Part shown: piece after piece, positions 1 through 9,846 of the stretch
How the letters are laid out: every line of letters begins with the position of its first letter
How positions within the stretch are numbered: the stretch's first letter is position 1
Assembly (NCBI GenBank): GCA_964627245.1
Contig: CAZVGS010000004.1
Location: 22,806-86,805, forward strand
DNA: 64,000 bases
Direction of reading: 5' to 3'
Source of the DNA: an uncultured Gammaproteobacteria bacterium
Lineage (GTDB): Bacteria > Patescibacteriota > Microgenomatia > Levybacterales > GWA1-39-11
Position numbers and translations under genes: made by a program
Notes under the pieces: generated by a model
The model's database searches: none
What the model was told of the DNA's origin: nothing
The model's input: the letters and a program-made list of their open reading frames with translations, nothing else

Positions 1-2
1 TT

Positions 3-638
3 ATGGATGAGCTGACCAAATTCTTCCGACCGGAGCTTGTTAACAGGTTTGATGGTGTAGTCATCTTCAAGCCTTTAAGAAAAGAAGATATGAAAAAAAT
101 TGCAAAAATAAATATTGGCAAAACTGCAAAGCTCCTAAAGGAGCAAGGATATATTCTTGAGATAACAGAGCCAGCGCTTGAAAAGCTTGGAGATGAGGGT
201 TTTGATCCTGTTTATGGAGCGCGGCCACTAAGGCGCCTTATCCAAAATGCAATTGAAAATCCAATAAGTATTAAAATAATCGGACAAGAATTTATTGCCG
301 GGGATACAATACGTGTGGATTATGATGTGCAAAAAGGTGAATACGCTTTTCTAAAAATTACTCCCCAGCCCCAACAAGTTCAGGGGCAAGCACCATTACC
401 TGCCGATCCCAATCAACCCTCAATTCCCCCAACAAATGGTGCAGAAAATCCAATAAGCCAGACTCAACAACTTCCCCAGCTCCAAGGGATGATAGTAGAT
501 CCCTATACTCCGGTGCAAAATCCTATGGTGCCCGAGGCATTTAATCCGTTTGATGCTGACAATTCTTCACAATCATCAGTTCAGAATAACCCCCCGACAG
601 TTAACTCTGACGGGACTCAAATGCAGCCATCAAATTAA
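3..638 (+). CDS. C-terminal part of a Clp/Hsp100-family AAA+ ATPase (5'-truncated at window edge) with P/Q-rich disordered C-terminal tail
   Basis: ELVNRFDGVVIFKPLRKEDMKKIAK and C-terminal small-domain motifs typical of ClpB/ClpC D2. Nearly the same motif recurs in the 13103-15493 paralogue. The tail is Pro/Gln-rich. The ORF is open from the window start. Confidence 0.75.
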   Translation: MDELTKFFRPELVNRFDGVVIFKPLRKEDMKKIAKINIGKTAKLLKEQGYILEITEPALEKLGDEGFDPVYGARPLRRLIQNAIENPISIKIIGQEFIAGDTIRVDYDVQKGEYAFLKITPQPQQVQGQAPLPADPNQPSIPPTNGAENPISQTQQLPQLQGMIVDPYTPVQNPMVPEAFNPFDADNSSQSSVQNNPPTVNSDGTQMQPSN

Positions 639-641
639 CTT

Positions 642-1181
642 ATGGATTCTAATGTTAACCCTCCAGTTCAGGAACAGGCACCGTTAGAGGTTATTCCGCC
701 AGCACAGCAGCAGATTGAACAAAAAACAGCGTTTGGTAAGAAAAAAATTCTAATTATTGGCATAATAGTTTTTTTTCTCACTCTTATGGCGGGTGGAGGA
801 CTCTTGTTGTTTGTTGGCAATAACGCTAAAAAAACCCCAAACAATCCATCTAATACTTCAATGACAGCTACACCATCTCCGAAGACAGCTGAAAGTATTA
901 ATGAATTAATTGCGCTAAAAGCAAATGAGAAAACTAAGGTTCCAGGTTTGGAAATATACTTAACCTACATTGAATCAAACAACCCCAGCGAGGAATGTTT
1001 TGATTGTATTGCTTCAACAGCTGTCATAATTGAAAACGGAATAGAAACACAGGAACATGAGTATACGTGCGGTGGAATTGCTGGGGATTGTGTAAACTCT
1101 TTTGAAGAGTTTGGGTACGTTGTTGAACTCGTGCAAAAAATCGATAGCCAAACTATTCAAGTTCTTATAAAAAATAAATGA
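642..1181 (+). CDS. hypothetical membrane-anchored or secreted Cys-containing protein, translationally coupled to the downstream M4 protease
   Basis: N-terminal TM segment (ILIIGIIVFFLTLMAGGGLLLFV). Five Cys in the C-terminal half. The stop overlaps the next start (ATGA at 1178-1181). Confidence 0.5.
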   Translation: MDSNVNPPVQEQAPLEVIPPAQQQIEQKTAFGKKKILIIGIIVFFLTLMAGGGLLLFVGNNAKKTPNNPSNTSMTATPSPKTAESINELIALKANEKTKVPGLEIYLTYIESNNPSEECFDCIASTAVIIENGIETQEHEYTCGGIAGDCVNSFEEFGYVVELVQKIDSQTIQVLIKNK

Positions 1182-3139
1182 GTCTTCGCGAGTACAGTTC
1201 ACATATCAGAAGATGCACGCATAAACACTGGAAGATAATAACAGGAATTATTATTACCATTTTGTTTGTATTGGTTGGAATATTACCACAGCTTTTTTAT
1301 TCAGATAAAATATTTGATGCAAGCAAACTTACTTCATATTCAAAGATAAAAACGAGCGATAATAGAAGTTACTTTAATGTAAATAGCGAAAATGGCTATC
1401 TTTATAAATCAAATAAGATACATGAAGATGCTGTAAGGGATTTTTTAAGACAAAAATTTACAGATCAAGGTAAGTATATTGTTCCCGACGATATAGTGAA
1501 TAATAGCACCGTTATTAGAAGTGAAAAAAGTTCCAGTTTAACTAGTAACGAACACTATTTTCTAGAGCAGACATTAAATGGCATTCCTATATATGGCAGT
1601 TCTATCGTTGTCCATCTAAGAAATAAAAATGAAATATACTCAACATCAGGAAATATAATTTTAACAAAGGACACAACCTTACCTGTTTTATCAAAAGAAA
1701 GTGCAAAAGAAATAGCTTTAAATGATTCACTTATTTCTGTTCCATTACAGACATTTGTGATAAGAGATGAAAATACCATTTACTATAATAAAGGTTTACT
1801 TGAAGATGGGGAGGATTTTACAAACCGGATAGCCATTTCATTTTTTGTTGATTCTAATACTAAGCCAATTTATTACTCAACATTTTATATTGTTGATCTT
1901 GAGAATGGGGAAATATTATATAAAGAAGATCAATTGAAGGAATCGCTTAATAGAACAGTTTATAATTGCAGCGGCAGCAGTTGCAGCACTGCTGCAAGAA
2001 CAGAAGGGAGCTCATCGTCAGGAATTGCCGAAGCTGATTCTGCATACAATATTTTAGGAGATGTATATAATTTTTTCCTCCAAAGTTTTAATAGGGATAG
2101 CTTTGATGGAAATGGGGCCCCATATATTGCTTATGTCAATTTTCCAGGCATTAGTTCTATGCAATGTCCAAATGCTGCATGGACAGGTGCTGAGATGATC
2201 TTTTGTGCAGGGCTTGTAACTCCAGACATCTCATGGCATGAGCTTACTCATGCGATGACTAGCCGTACCGCAGGACTTAAATATGAAAAGCAGTCAGGTG
2301 CTCTTAACGAAAGCATCTCAGACATTTTTGCCACATCATCAGATAATAATTGGACAATAGGTGAAGGGTCAGCAATCGGTATTAAAAGAAGTGTAAGCGA
2401 TCCTCCATCAATACCAAAATCTCCAAGGCAGCCAGACAGATTATTTTCCAATTATTACTACTGCGGTGGATTGACAACGGTTTGCGACAAAAATGCCAAT
2501 GATATGTGCGGTGTACATATTAATAGTGGAATTATGAACAAAACATTTTACCTTATGACAGAAGGCGGAAACTTTAACGGATGTAATATATCAGGAATTG
2601 GCAGGAAAAGAAGTAATGACATAATATATTCAGCCTTAACAAACTATCTTACAAGTACGTCTAATTTTTATGACATGTATTCCTCAATTTTGCAGTCATG
2701 CGCAGATCTTTATGGATCAGGATCAGATATATGTAAGGAAGTTCAGAAGGCAGCTCAAGCAACAGAGCTGGACCAGCAAACCACAGGTTCGCAGGCAGGT
2801 CCTAGTTGTTCAGGCGCTGTAGCAAAACCTGCAACTTGCTCGGGAGCTCCAACCTCAGAACCTTTGCCAACATTGGCCGGGCTGCCCACCTCAACTCCAA
2901 CTCCTCCATTGGGTGCGACTTCAACTCCAACATTACCGCCCGGAACCACAGCAACTCCAACACCTACCCCGGTATCTGGGTCAGCTACTTCAACTCCAAC
3001 CCCTTCAGGCGGAATATTCAAGCCGAAGGGGACCCCAACTCCTACCCCTGATCAATATTTTAGTTGTGCACCGGACCCCAAATGTATAAGTAACGGAAAA
3101 AGTATTCAGCTATGTCCGCTTATATGTACTCCAAAGTGA
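1178..3139 (+). CDS. secreted/membrane-anchored zinc metalloprotease, thermolysin (M4) family, with Pro/Thr-rich linker and Cys-rich C-terminus
   Basis: HExxH motif (WHELTHAMT) followed by GALNESISDIFA, matching the thermolysin GxxNEAISD third zinc ligand. N-terminal TM anchor. C-terminal TPTPTP low complexity. Five Cys in the last 28 aa. Confidence 0.85.
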   Translation: MSLREYSSHIRRCTHKHWKIITGIIITILFVLVGILPQLFYSDKIFDASKLTSYSKIKTSDNRSYFNVNSENGYLYKSNKIHEDAVRDFLRQKFTDQGKYIVPDDIVNNSTVIRSEKSSSLTSNEHYFLEQTLNGIPIYGSSIVVHLRNKNEIYSTSGNIILTKDTTLPVLSKESAKEIALNDSLISVPLQTFVIRDENTIYYNKGLLEDGEDFTNRIAISFFVDSNTKPIYYSTFYIVDLENGEILYKEDQLKESLNRTVYNCSGSSCSTAARTEGSSSSGIAEADSAYNILGDVYNFFLQSFNRDSFDGNGAPYIAYVNFPGISSMQCPNAAWTGAEMIFCAGLVTPDISWHELTHAMTSRTAGLKYEKQSGALNESISDIFATSSDNNWTIGEGSAIGIKRSVSDPPSIPKSPRQPDRLFSNYYYCGGLTTVCDKNANDMCGVHINSGIMNKTFYLMTEGGNFNGCNISGIGRKRSNDIIYSALTNYLTSTSNFYDMYSSILQSCADLYGSGSDICKEVQKAAQATELDQQTTGSQAGPSCSGAVAKPATCSGAPTSEPLPTLAGLPTSTPTPPLGATSTPTLPPGTTATPTPTPVSGSATSTPTPSGGIFKPKGTPTPTPDQYFSCAPDPKCISNGKSIQLCPLICTPK

Positions 3140-3271
3140 CAAGACTCTAGCAATTAATGACTATAATTGCTAAAATATGGAACGGAAAAAGATTGTTTAA
3201 TGAATAAATTGTTTCACTGTTTCATTATTAAAACTTGGTATAGTAATTGAACAATCTAGCAATAATATACT

Positions 3272-4138
3272 ATGAATACTGATTATTACAAAACATTGGG
3301 TATCTCAAAGTCTGCAACGCAAGATGAAATAAAAAGAGCATATAGAAAACTTGCAGTAGAATATCATCCTGATAAAAACAAGACAAAAGAGGCTGAGGAA
3401 AAATTCAAGGAGATCAATCAAGCTTACGAAGTGTTGGGAAATCCTCAAAAAAGACAGCAGTACGATCAATTCGGTTCCCAAGCCTTTGAAAACGGAGGCC
3501 GTGGCGGTGCGGGCGGTCCTTTTGGCGGATTTGGGGGTCAGCAAGGACCTTTTTCTTACACTTATACCTCAAATGGTCAGGGGTATGATTTCGGGGGATT
3601 TTCGGACCCTTTCGATATATTTGAGCAGTTTTTTGGAGGAGCGTCTTCCCCATTTGGGAGAAGAAAACCAACATATTCTTTAAGAATTGACTTTATGGAT
3701 GCTGTTAAAGGTACGACCAAAACTGTTTCACTTGATGGAAAGAAAAAGGATATTAAAGTTCCGGCAGGAGTAAATGAGGGCTCAAGAATTCAATTCAATG
3801 ATTTTGACATAATAATATCGGTTTCCTCACACAATAAACTTAAGCGGGAGGGTTATGATATTATTTCTGAGCTTAAAATTCCAATGACAACGGCAGCCCT
3901 AGGAGGCATAGAGTCGGTTGAGACTGTATCAGGCAATGTGAAATTAAAAATTCCACAAGGAACACAGCCGGGTACTCTTATAAGAATAAAAGACAAAGGC
4001 GTTAAGAAAATTGGAGTTTCAGGACATGGAGACCACTATGTCAGAGTTCAGGTAGAGGTGCCTTCAAAACTTTCTTCAAAACAACGCGAAATACTTGAAG
4101 ATTTCTCTAAAGAATCAAATAAGAAGCGCTGGTTCTAA
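3272..4138 (+). CDS. DnaJ-class co-chaperone (J domain + G/F region, no Zn-finger; CbpA/type II-like)
   Basis: J-domain DYYKTLGISKSATQDEIKRAYRKLAVEYHPDKN with HPD motif. Gly/Phe-rich region. C-terminal substrate-binding domains without CxxCxGxG repeats. Confidence 0.85.
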   Translation: MNTDYYKTLGISKSATQDEIKRAYRKLAVEYHPDKNKTKEAEEKFKEINQAYEVLGNPQKRQQYDQFGSQAFENGGRGGAGGPFGGFGGQQGPFSYTYTSNGQGYDFGGFSDPFDIFEQFFGGASSPFGRRKPTYSLRIDFMDAVKGTTKTVSLDGKKKDIKVPAGVNEGSRIQFNDFDIIISVSSHNKLKREGYDIISELKIPMTTAALGGIESVETVSGNVKLKIPQGTQPGTLIRIKDKGVKKIGVSGHGDHYVRVQVEVPSKLSSKQREILEDFSKESNKKRWF

Positions 4139-4164
4139 TAGCTACCAATTCTTTTTATGTAAGT

Positions 4165-4196
4165 ACAAAAAAACAGCGTAAACGCTGTTAAATTTA
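4165..4196. terminator. bidirectional rho-independent terminator between convergent dnaJ-like gene and pilin gene
   Basis: Perfect inverted repeat AACAGCGT/ACGCTGTT (4172-4179 / 4182-4189). It is flanked by an A-run upstream and a T-rich run downstream. Confidence 0.6.
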
Positions 4197-4214
4197 TTGA
4201 TACTCTAAACAACC

Positions 4215-4691
4215 TTATCTTGTAACTGAAATTACTGCGCCTCCTTCAGCATCTGGAGCTGTTACAGTTACTCTTCCTGCTGCTGTCTGAAGAATTTCAT
4301 ATTGTGTGTCATAGTCTTCGCATCCATCTCCATCACCATCAACATCCCAAGCTCCTGTTTGTGGATCTACAGGTAGTTGTGCGATATATTGAGGGGCAAT
4401 ATCCGGACATAGGTCTACATCTCCACCGACTGTATCACTTCCAATATTTGTTGCTGTTGCCGGAATTGCTAGCGGCGTTAAATCACCATTATTATCGACT
4501 GCAAATTGCCATACACCGTTGAGGATAGCATTAACATCGCTTGCCCTTTGGGTGTTATTGGCTTGTTCAAATTGTCTTGCAGGATTTATGGCGATAAGAG
4601 TAATGGCAAGAAGGACAGCTAAGATTCCAATAACAACAAGAAGCTCAATAAGTGTAAACCCTTTTTGGAATTTAGCGCGGGCAGTTTTCAT
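4215..4691 (-). CDS. type IV pilin (prepilin with N-terminal methylation motif, C-terminal disulfide loop)
   Basis: N-terminus KGFTLIELLVVIGILAVLLAI (class III signal, Glu at +5). Two Cys near the C-terminus form the D-region. Confidence 0.85.
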   Translation of the reverse strand: MKTARAKFQKGFTLIELLVVIGILAVLLAITLIAINPARQFEQANNTQRASDVNAILNGVWQFAVDNNGDLTPLAIPATATNIGSDTVGGDVDLCPDIAPQYIAQLPVDPQTGAWDVDGDGDGCEDYDTQYEILQTAAGRVTVTAPDAEGGAVISVTR

Positions 4692-4762
4692 ATCTATTTA
4701 ATGATAACCATAATTAAAAAACCTTGTCAATAGGCAAATTTTGCCTCAAATACAACTCATGA

Positions 4763-5452
4763 TCACATTCGAAGAAGCATTATTCCAAGAATAGCAAAAA
4801 GAACAATAAAAATTCCCAACATAGTATAAAGTCTAACGTTTGGTTTTTTTGATTGTGTAGCACCTTTTTTATCTGGAAAATTTTGTGTTACTGTTTTAGT
4901 TCTTTCTACTGGAATCATATTAAATTGCTTTAGGTGATCGGTGCGCTTTAGAAGTTGTGATGCATTTTCGGTCGTCAAATTTCTTATTAAGCCTTGATCT
5001 TGTCCAAGCATCTGGTAAGGAATTACCCAGTCAATTGAGAAAAAGCACTTCTCGAATCCTAGTTTTAGTTCCCTGTATACATCATAGTTGGCTGCTATCA
5101 CTTTGACGTCTTTTTCAATTGTGTACTCTTTTGATAATGCGCTCTCGAATGGGACAGTATCCAAAAATTTATCAACCTCTTCCTTCAAATCTTCCCGGCT
5201 AAGATTCATAAAATCCTTTTCAAAAGTTATGTTGGGGGAGAGAAGCATTGTTATAGATGCAGGAGCTAATTGATATTGGTCTACAAAACTTTTTATCTGA
5301 TTTATCAGTGAAGCACCATTTATGACATCCATGTCTCTGACTGAAGTTGAGAGGAATGCAAGGCTTACGACAAGAGTTAGACCTGTTTCGTAAAAATAAA
5401 ATCCATTTTTATCCAGATACAAAAATCCTGGTTGTTTTTTTACAAAATCCAT
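4763..5452 (-). CDS. hypothetical tail-anchored membrane protein inside the pilus operon (possible pilus assembly accessory protein)
   Basis: C-terminal TM segment (LYTMLGIFIVLFAILGIMLL). Sits between pilin genes on the same strand. No recognisable motif. Confidence 0.45.
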   Translation of the reverse strand: MDFVKKQPGFLYLDKNGFYFYETGLTLVVSLAFLSTSVRDMDVINGASLINQIKSFVDQYQLAPASITMLLSPNITFEKDFMNLSREDLKEEVDKFLDTVPFESALSKEYTIEKDVKVIAANYDVYRELKLGFEKCFFSIDWVIPYQMLGQDQGLIRNLTTENASQLLKRTDHLKQFNMIPVERTKTVTQNFPDKKGATQSKKPNVRLYTMLGIFIVLFAILGIMLLRM

Positions 5453-5533
5453 ATTATGAAAATTTCTAAGTACTGTAATTTCTAATTAATCTAGGTTTAT
5501 AAATCAGGTCAATTAGGTTAATTAGTAATTTAT

Positions 5534-5905
5534 TCATATCTCCTTCCATGAAGTAGCAGTTAGAGTGTTATTACTCGTATCAACTATTACTTGTATTGTT
5601 CTTGTAAAATTATTGACGGTACCTTTTGATATAACCGTTTTTGGATTAGTTCCGTTAACAGTTATGACTGCTTCTCCATTCTCAATCGTAAGAGTCTCGC
5701 CACTATAATCCGGATCTCTTAGTAATTTAATCATAGCAGTTTCTGCGCCACTTTCCGCAATGTTTAATGAGTTTGAGCCTTGATAAACTTTATCTGTTCC
5801 TGTCGAACTGTTTATAACAAGAGCTATCGACGCAGTTGTAACAACGACCGCAATGACCATATATATAAGTAAAATTACCAGTGTTTGGCCTTTTTGTTTT
5901 CTCAT
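5534..5905 (-). CDS. minor pilin-like protein (degenerate prepilin N-terminus)
   Basis: N-terminus KGQTLVILLIYMVIAVVV resembles a prepilin leader plus hydrophobic helix but lacks Glu+5. 4-nt overlap with the upstream pilin gene. Confidence 0.5.
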   Translation of the reverse strand: MRKQKGQTLVILLIYMVIAVVVTTASIALVINSSTGTDKVYQGSNSLNIAESGAETAMIKLLRDPDYSGETLTIENGEAVITVNGTNPKTVISKGTVNNFTRTIQVIVDTSNNTLTATSWKEI

Positions 5906-6417
5906 CTTAAGCCTGCTGTTGTTTGAAAATTTTGTTCGTCGGCAATTCCTTCTTTTCTGATATTTCCGGAAATCGTAAAATTTATTCTGACGGTATCTTT
6001 TGCACTATCTGTTCCTACTTTCGTAAAAACCAAATCTGAGATAGATGATCCATAGCCGTTAAGATTGAACGTGCCACTTGGATTTGATGTCACTAAGTTC
6101 CCGCTGCTTGTTGAATATGTATGATTTTCGCCATTAATAACGAGTACCAAATTCGCTGAAGAACTGCCGAATAACGCAGGTTCAATTATTGAATCGGCTC
6201 TTCCGACATCATATATAAAGCGCGAATATATATATCTTCCATCATCGGCTACATTTGATGTATTTGTAGAACTTAGCTGATTTTCTATTATTGCAATAAA
6301 TATCTGCGTGAATATTACGATAAGAATTGTTAGAAGACCCATATATATAAGAAGTTCGACTAAAGTAAATCCCGATTGACTCTTAGCGGATGGATTGGAT
6401 TTATGTTCTTTCATCAT
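5902..6417 (-). CDS. minor (pseudo)pilin with prepilin-type N-terminal cleavage/methylation motif
   Basis: SGFTLVELLIYMGLLTILIVIF motif. ATGA overlap with the giant pilin-like gene. Confidence 0.8.
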   Translation of the reverse strand: MMKEHKSNPSAKSQSGFTLVELLIYMGLLTILIVIFTQIFIAIIENQLSSTNTSNVADDGRYIYSRFIYDVGRADSIIEPALFGSSSANLVLVINGENHTYSTSSGNLVTSNPSGTFNLNGYGSSISDLVFTKVGTDSAKDTVRINFTISGNIRKEGIADEQNFQTTAGLR

Positions 6418-9383
6418 GGCGAGTAGTTAAATGAAGTATCCAGTATTGTTGGCGTAACATTATTGTCGGTTGTCGAGAAAAACGCTTTGTATTTGACGCA
6501 CTGTGCCGGATTCTGAAATCCTGAAACACCGCTTAAAGGTATGCTTCCTCCTGTTGATGGAAAGCGAGTCGTGTTGGTGCCGTCGGGTCCTACAAAAGTG
6601 TAGGTTGAATTACTGCAAGACCCGCTAACAGGCAAGGTTGCTGCAACTTGAAACTCAAGAGTAGTGTTAGCAGGAGTTGTTGAGTTAACGCTCAGTCTGT
6701 TCAAAGCAACAACTGAGCCCAAATCTTGAATTGCAGATTCGTACGTCCCGGAGCTTAGATATGTACCATCAGGACCTCCTTGTATAATTTGAAGTTCGTT
6801 ATCGGCAGTGTTTCCTATCATATAAACGAATCTGTCTCCATCCAGTTCGGAAACCGACGTAAGATCATTAAATCCCGAGTCAAATTGAACTCCACCGCAG
6901 TAAGTTGGTGTCAACTCGTTACTTGTATTCAGTACTTGGTACTCGCGTGTATTATTTGAGTCAGATGTTCCGTCTTTTCCTACAAGAACAGCACGAAGAC
7001 CTTCAAAAACTGTAAGTGATCTCCGGGGGAACAGTTGGGCATCAGCACCGCTTCCATAGTAAAAGCCGCTTGTAGGTCCCGTTGAAGGACTTCCTGATAG
7101 AAATGACGGCGAATTTTTGTTGGAAGTATTTAGAATGTAAAATTGCATGCTATCAGGATCATTGTCATTGTTTGAGTCAATGCCGCCGTTTGAGGAAATA
7201 TAAGCTCTAGTTCCATCGCCAGTTCCATAAACCGAATTTGCTGCTTCTTCAGTTCCTGAATCGGAATTAAAATCATATGAGCTTATCCTTTTCCAATTAC
7301 TATTTCCGCCCGATATCCTTCCGCAAGCGCTGTCGCTGATAGCGGGGGAGGATGATGTCGTTGGAATGTCGGTAACGTTAACGATGTTAAATTCGGGATT
7401 TGTTCCGGCACCAACCGCAACATAAACATACGTATCAGTTCCAACCCTGACAGGATAAATGTCGTTGCTTGCATAAAGCTCTATATTTCCTCCATCAGAA
7501 CAATCAAGGTGTACAGGGGAAGTTGTATCAGACCAGCTTGTCCCCGTCTGGCCTTGGCTATATTTTCTATCAGTACCTGAACCCGGATTGCAGTCATAAC
7601 CGTCAAGCTGGATTCTACAGCCTATCATATCCAGTCCTTGCGAGGTTGTTTTGCCGTCAATGTTTGACAGATCAAAAACGTAAAGATAACCCCCCGAAGT
7701 TACGTACCCGCGGTCATTTAATACCGCAAGAGAAGTGCCCCCGTATCCGAAAGGCGCTTGGTCGTTGAGATCTCCCCCGCTGTAATGTATTTTGACAGCT
7801 GCCCAGTCGAGATAGAAATCCCGGGATGTACTGCTTGCAACATTAACAACTCTGAGCCTAAAGTTGGAATTGCTTAAGTCGCTTTCAGACCAACTGTGTC
7901 CCCAGTCATCAGAAGATCCACCGAGAGTGTAGGATGCTTCCGAGGTAGAGAGAGTAGGCGTTGATTGGGCATTTGTCCAGGTGTTTCCGCCATCCCAAGA
8001 TAGTTCAACGCACATTCTCGGGGAGTTTGAGGTACTGTCTACCCGAGCGTCAAGCCTTACTTCAATTCCCTCTATTGATGCACCCGAGGGAACAGGCAAG
8101 TTGTAATTGTAGTATCTGTGCTTATCCTTATCAGTCCCCGTGCAATTTGTTCCTGTGCCGTTACCGCTATTGCTGTCTATAGCAAAAGACCCGTTATCGG
8201 TATAGCCTCTATTCGCATTTGACTGAAAGCCATCATTATCTCCGCCATTGTCGTCAGTATTAGAACTTGGATTTTGAAATCCCGTATCGTGAGATCCGGC
8301 AGTATTGAACATGTTTGTATTGAAGAAAGTCTTGTATTTATAGATTCCGTTAATATAGTCTTGGTACTCGCCGTTATTAGTAGTGTCGTTACTGCCGTTA
8401 TTATCATCCACAAGTACTGCAATTACTTCGCGGTCAGCTTTTGAAGTTGCAATGAGAGCGTACATATTTTCAGAAGATGATCTGTAATATTGAATTGCAT
8501 TCGTTTTGTAATTATTGTCAATGCCGGGGCTCGTTGGAACCAGTCCGGGGTCGCTGTACTTTGCCGGATCAAGTGTAAATATGCCTCTAAGCGAAGGTGA
8601 GGGAATTTCCGTATCCGCAGTGACAAGTATATGCGACATTTTCACGGATGTTGAATCGGTGGGAGAAGTAGCAACAAAAGTCTGATTTGGGGTAGCAATG
8701 CTTGTAGCACTTGCAGTTGCAATGACTGCGACGGGAGGACCATCGGGAAGAGAAATTGTTGCAGAGGAAAAAGCAGGGGAGCACCATTGTCCTTTAGTGT
8801 TTGTAGATAGCCTTACTTCTCCGCCGGTTGCATCAGCAACTTCGGTAGTTGCGTAAATTCCCTCGTCAAAATCCTCAACGCTTGTTTGGGTTTGCGCTTC
8901 ATTTGCAAGATAGCGTGTAACGTATATAGTTGAATCAACAGAAGAATTATAGGGCTGACCCCAGGTAACACTTATATCAACGCGTTTTGTTGACGGATCA
9001 AGGCTTCCTCCTGTTTCGACGACAACTCCATTTGAGTCCCGGTAAACATCGCTTACAGTTATGCTTCTTGTAAAATCATTTATGGTTTCATCACCTGAAG
9101 CAAGGGACCAAGACGTGCCGGAAATTTGCGGGTGATAATCTCCATTCACAGCAAATATTCCCCATCCCTGATTTCTCACATTTCTCACAACTTCCTCTGC
9201 TTCTTTCATAAGAGCGATTGCCTGAACCCTTTGTCCTTGCTGTGCCTTGCCTTGTTTTGAGGAAATGAGTCCTGTCAGCAAAGCAGGCAGCATAATTGCC
9301 GTTATTGCTATTACTAACAATATCTCAACAAGCATTTGACCCCTGCTATTTTTGATTTTATTCGAAATTGGTAACTGTGCCAT
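6414..9383 (-). CDS. giant (989 aa) prepilin-like protein, S/T/N/G/D-rich; candidate pilus-tip adhesin / PilY1-analogous minor pilin
   Basis: N-terminus RGQMLVEILLVIAITAIMLPALL has Gly, a hydrophobic helix and Glu+5. The long remainder is low in hydrophobic residues and rich in Ser/Thr/Asn/Gly/Asp. Embedded in the pilB-pilC-pilin operon. Confidence 0.7.
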   Translation of the reverse strand: MAQLPISNKIKNSRGQMLVEILLVIAITAIMLPALLTGLISSKQGKAQQGQRVQAIALMKEAEEVVRNVRNQGWGIFAVNGDYHPQISGTSWSLASGDETINDFTRSITVSDVYRDSNGVVVETGGSLDPSTKRVDISVTWGQPYNSSVDSTIYVTRYLANEAQTQTSVEDFDEGIYATTEVADATGGEVRLSTNTKGQWCSPAFSSATISLPDGPPVAVIATASATSIATPNQTFVATSPTDSTSVKMSHILVTADTEIPSPSLRGIFTLDPAKYSDPGLVPTSPGIDNNYKTNAIQYYRSSSENMYALIATSKADREVIAVLVDDNNGSNDTTNNGEYQDYINGIYKYKTFFNTNMFNTAGSHDTGFQNPSSNTDDNGGDNDGFQSNANRGYTDNGSFAIDSNSGNGTGTNCTGTDKDKHRYYNYNLPVPSGASIEGIEVRLDARVDSTSNSPRMCVELSWDGGNTWTNAQSTPTLSTSEASYTLGGSSDDWGHSWSESDLSNSNFRLRVVNVASSTSRDFYLDWAAVKIHYSGGDLNDQAPFGYGGTSLAVLNDRGYVTSGGYLYVFDLSNIDGKTTSQGLDMIGCRIQLDGYDCNPGSGTDRKYSQGQTGTSWSDTTSPVHLDCSDGGNIELYASNDIYPVRVGTDTYVYVAVGAGTNPEFNIVNVTDIPTTSSSPAISDSACGRISGGNSNWKRISSYDFNSDSGTEEAANSVYGTGDGTRAYISSNGGIDSNNDNDPDSMQFYILNTSNKNSPSFLSGSPSTGPTSGFYYGSGADAQLFPRRSLTVFEGLRAVLVGKDGTSDSNNTREYQVLNTSNELTPTYCGGVQFDSGFNDLTSVSELDGDRFVYMIGNTADNELQIIQGGPDGTYLSSGTYESAIQDLGSVVALNRLSVNSTTPANTTLEFQVAATLPVSGSCSNSTYTFVGPDGTNTTRFPSTGGSIPLSGVSGFQNPAQCVKYKAFFSTTDNNVTPTILDTSFNYSP

Positions 9384-9846
9384 ATTTGTTAAGAGTAATA
9401 GTCTCGGTTGATCCGCTTGGAATATTTGTGATGGTTATAGAATTTGAACCGTCAATAAAATTTACTACCTCACCGCTATCTGACGCGAAAAGAACCGCAT
9501 CATTTTGAAATGTGGAGGAAAGACTGTATGACTCAGGAATCGGAACTGAAAAATTCGCCGTATCCGCCGGATTGTACTCTATACCATGAAACATTATATA
9601 TTGATCTGATAGGACTTTTATGCCGTAGTTGTCAGGTTCTCCCCGTCCTTCGGTGTCTCCAACCATAGCCTTTATTTGCTGAGTTTTGAGATCCGATATA
9701 AGGACAGTTGTTGCGGAACTGCTGGTTGCCACAATTTGTATATTTGACAAACTCACAATTCCTATTCCAAAAAGAAGAGACAATATTCCTATAACGAGCA
9801 TAAGCTCGATCAGCGTAAGTCCTCTTTGTCTTTCAAGTGCTTTCAT
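9358..9846 (-). CDS. type IV pilin / pseudopilin (prepilin N-terminal motif)
   Basis: RGLTLIELMLVIGILSLLFGIGIV motif. Sits directly downstream of pilC. Confidence 0.8.
   Translation of the reverse strand: MKALERQRGLTLIELMLVIGILSLLFGIGIVSLSNIQIVATSSSATTVLISDLKTQQIKAMVGDTEGRGEPDNYGIKVLSDQYIMFHGIEYNPADTANFSVPIPESYSLSSTFQNDAVLFASDSGEVVNFIDGSNSITITNIPSGSTETITLNKYGTVTNFE

Noticed and set aside
2755-3051. Sense and antisense ORFs within the Pro/Thr-rich linker of the M4 protease gene.
   Set aside because: They are low-complexity by-products. The protease frame is continuous from the catalytic domain to the Cys-rich C-terminus.
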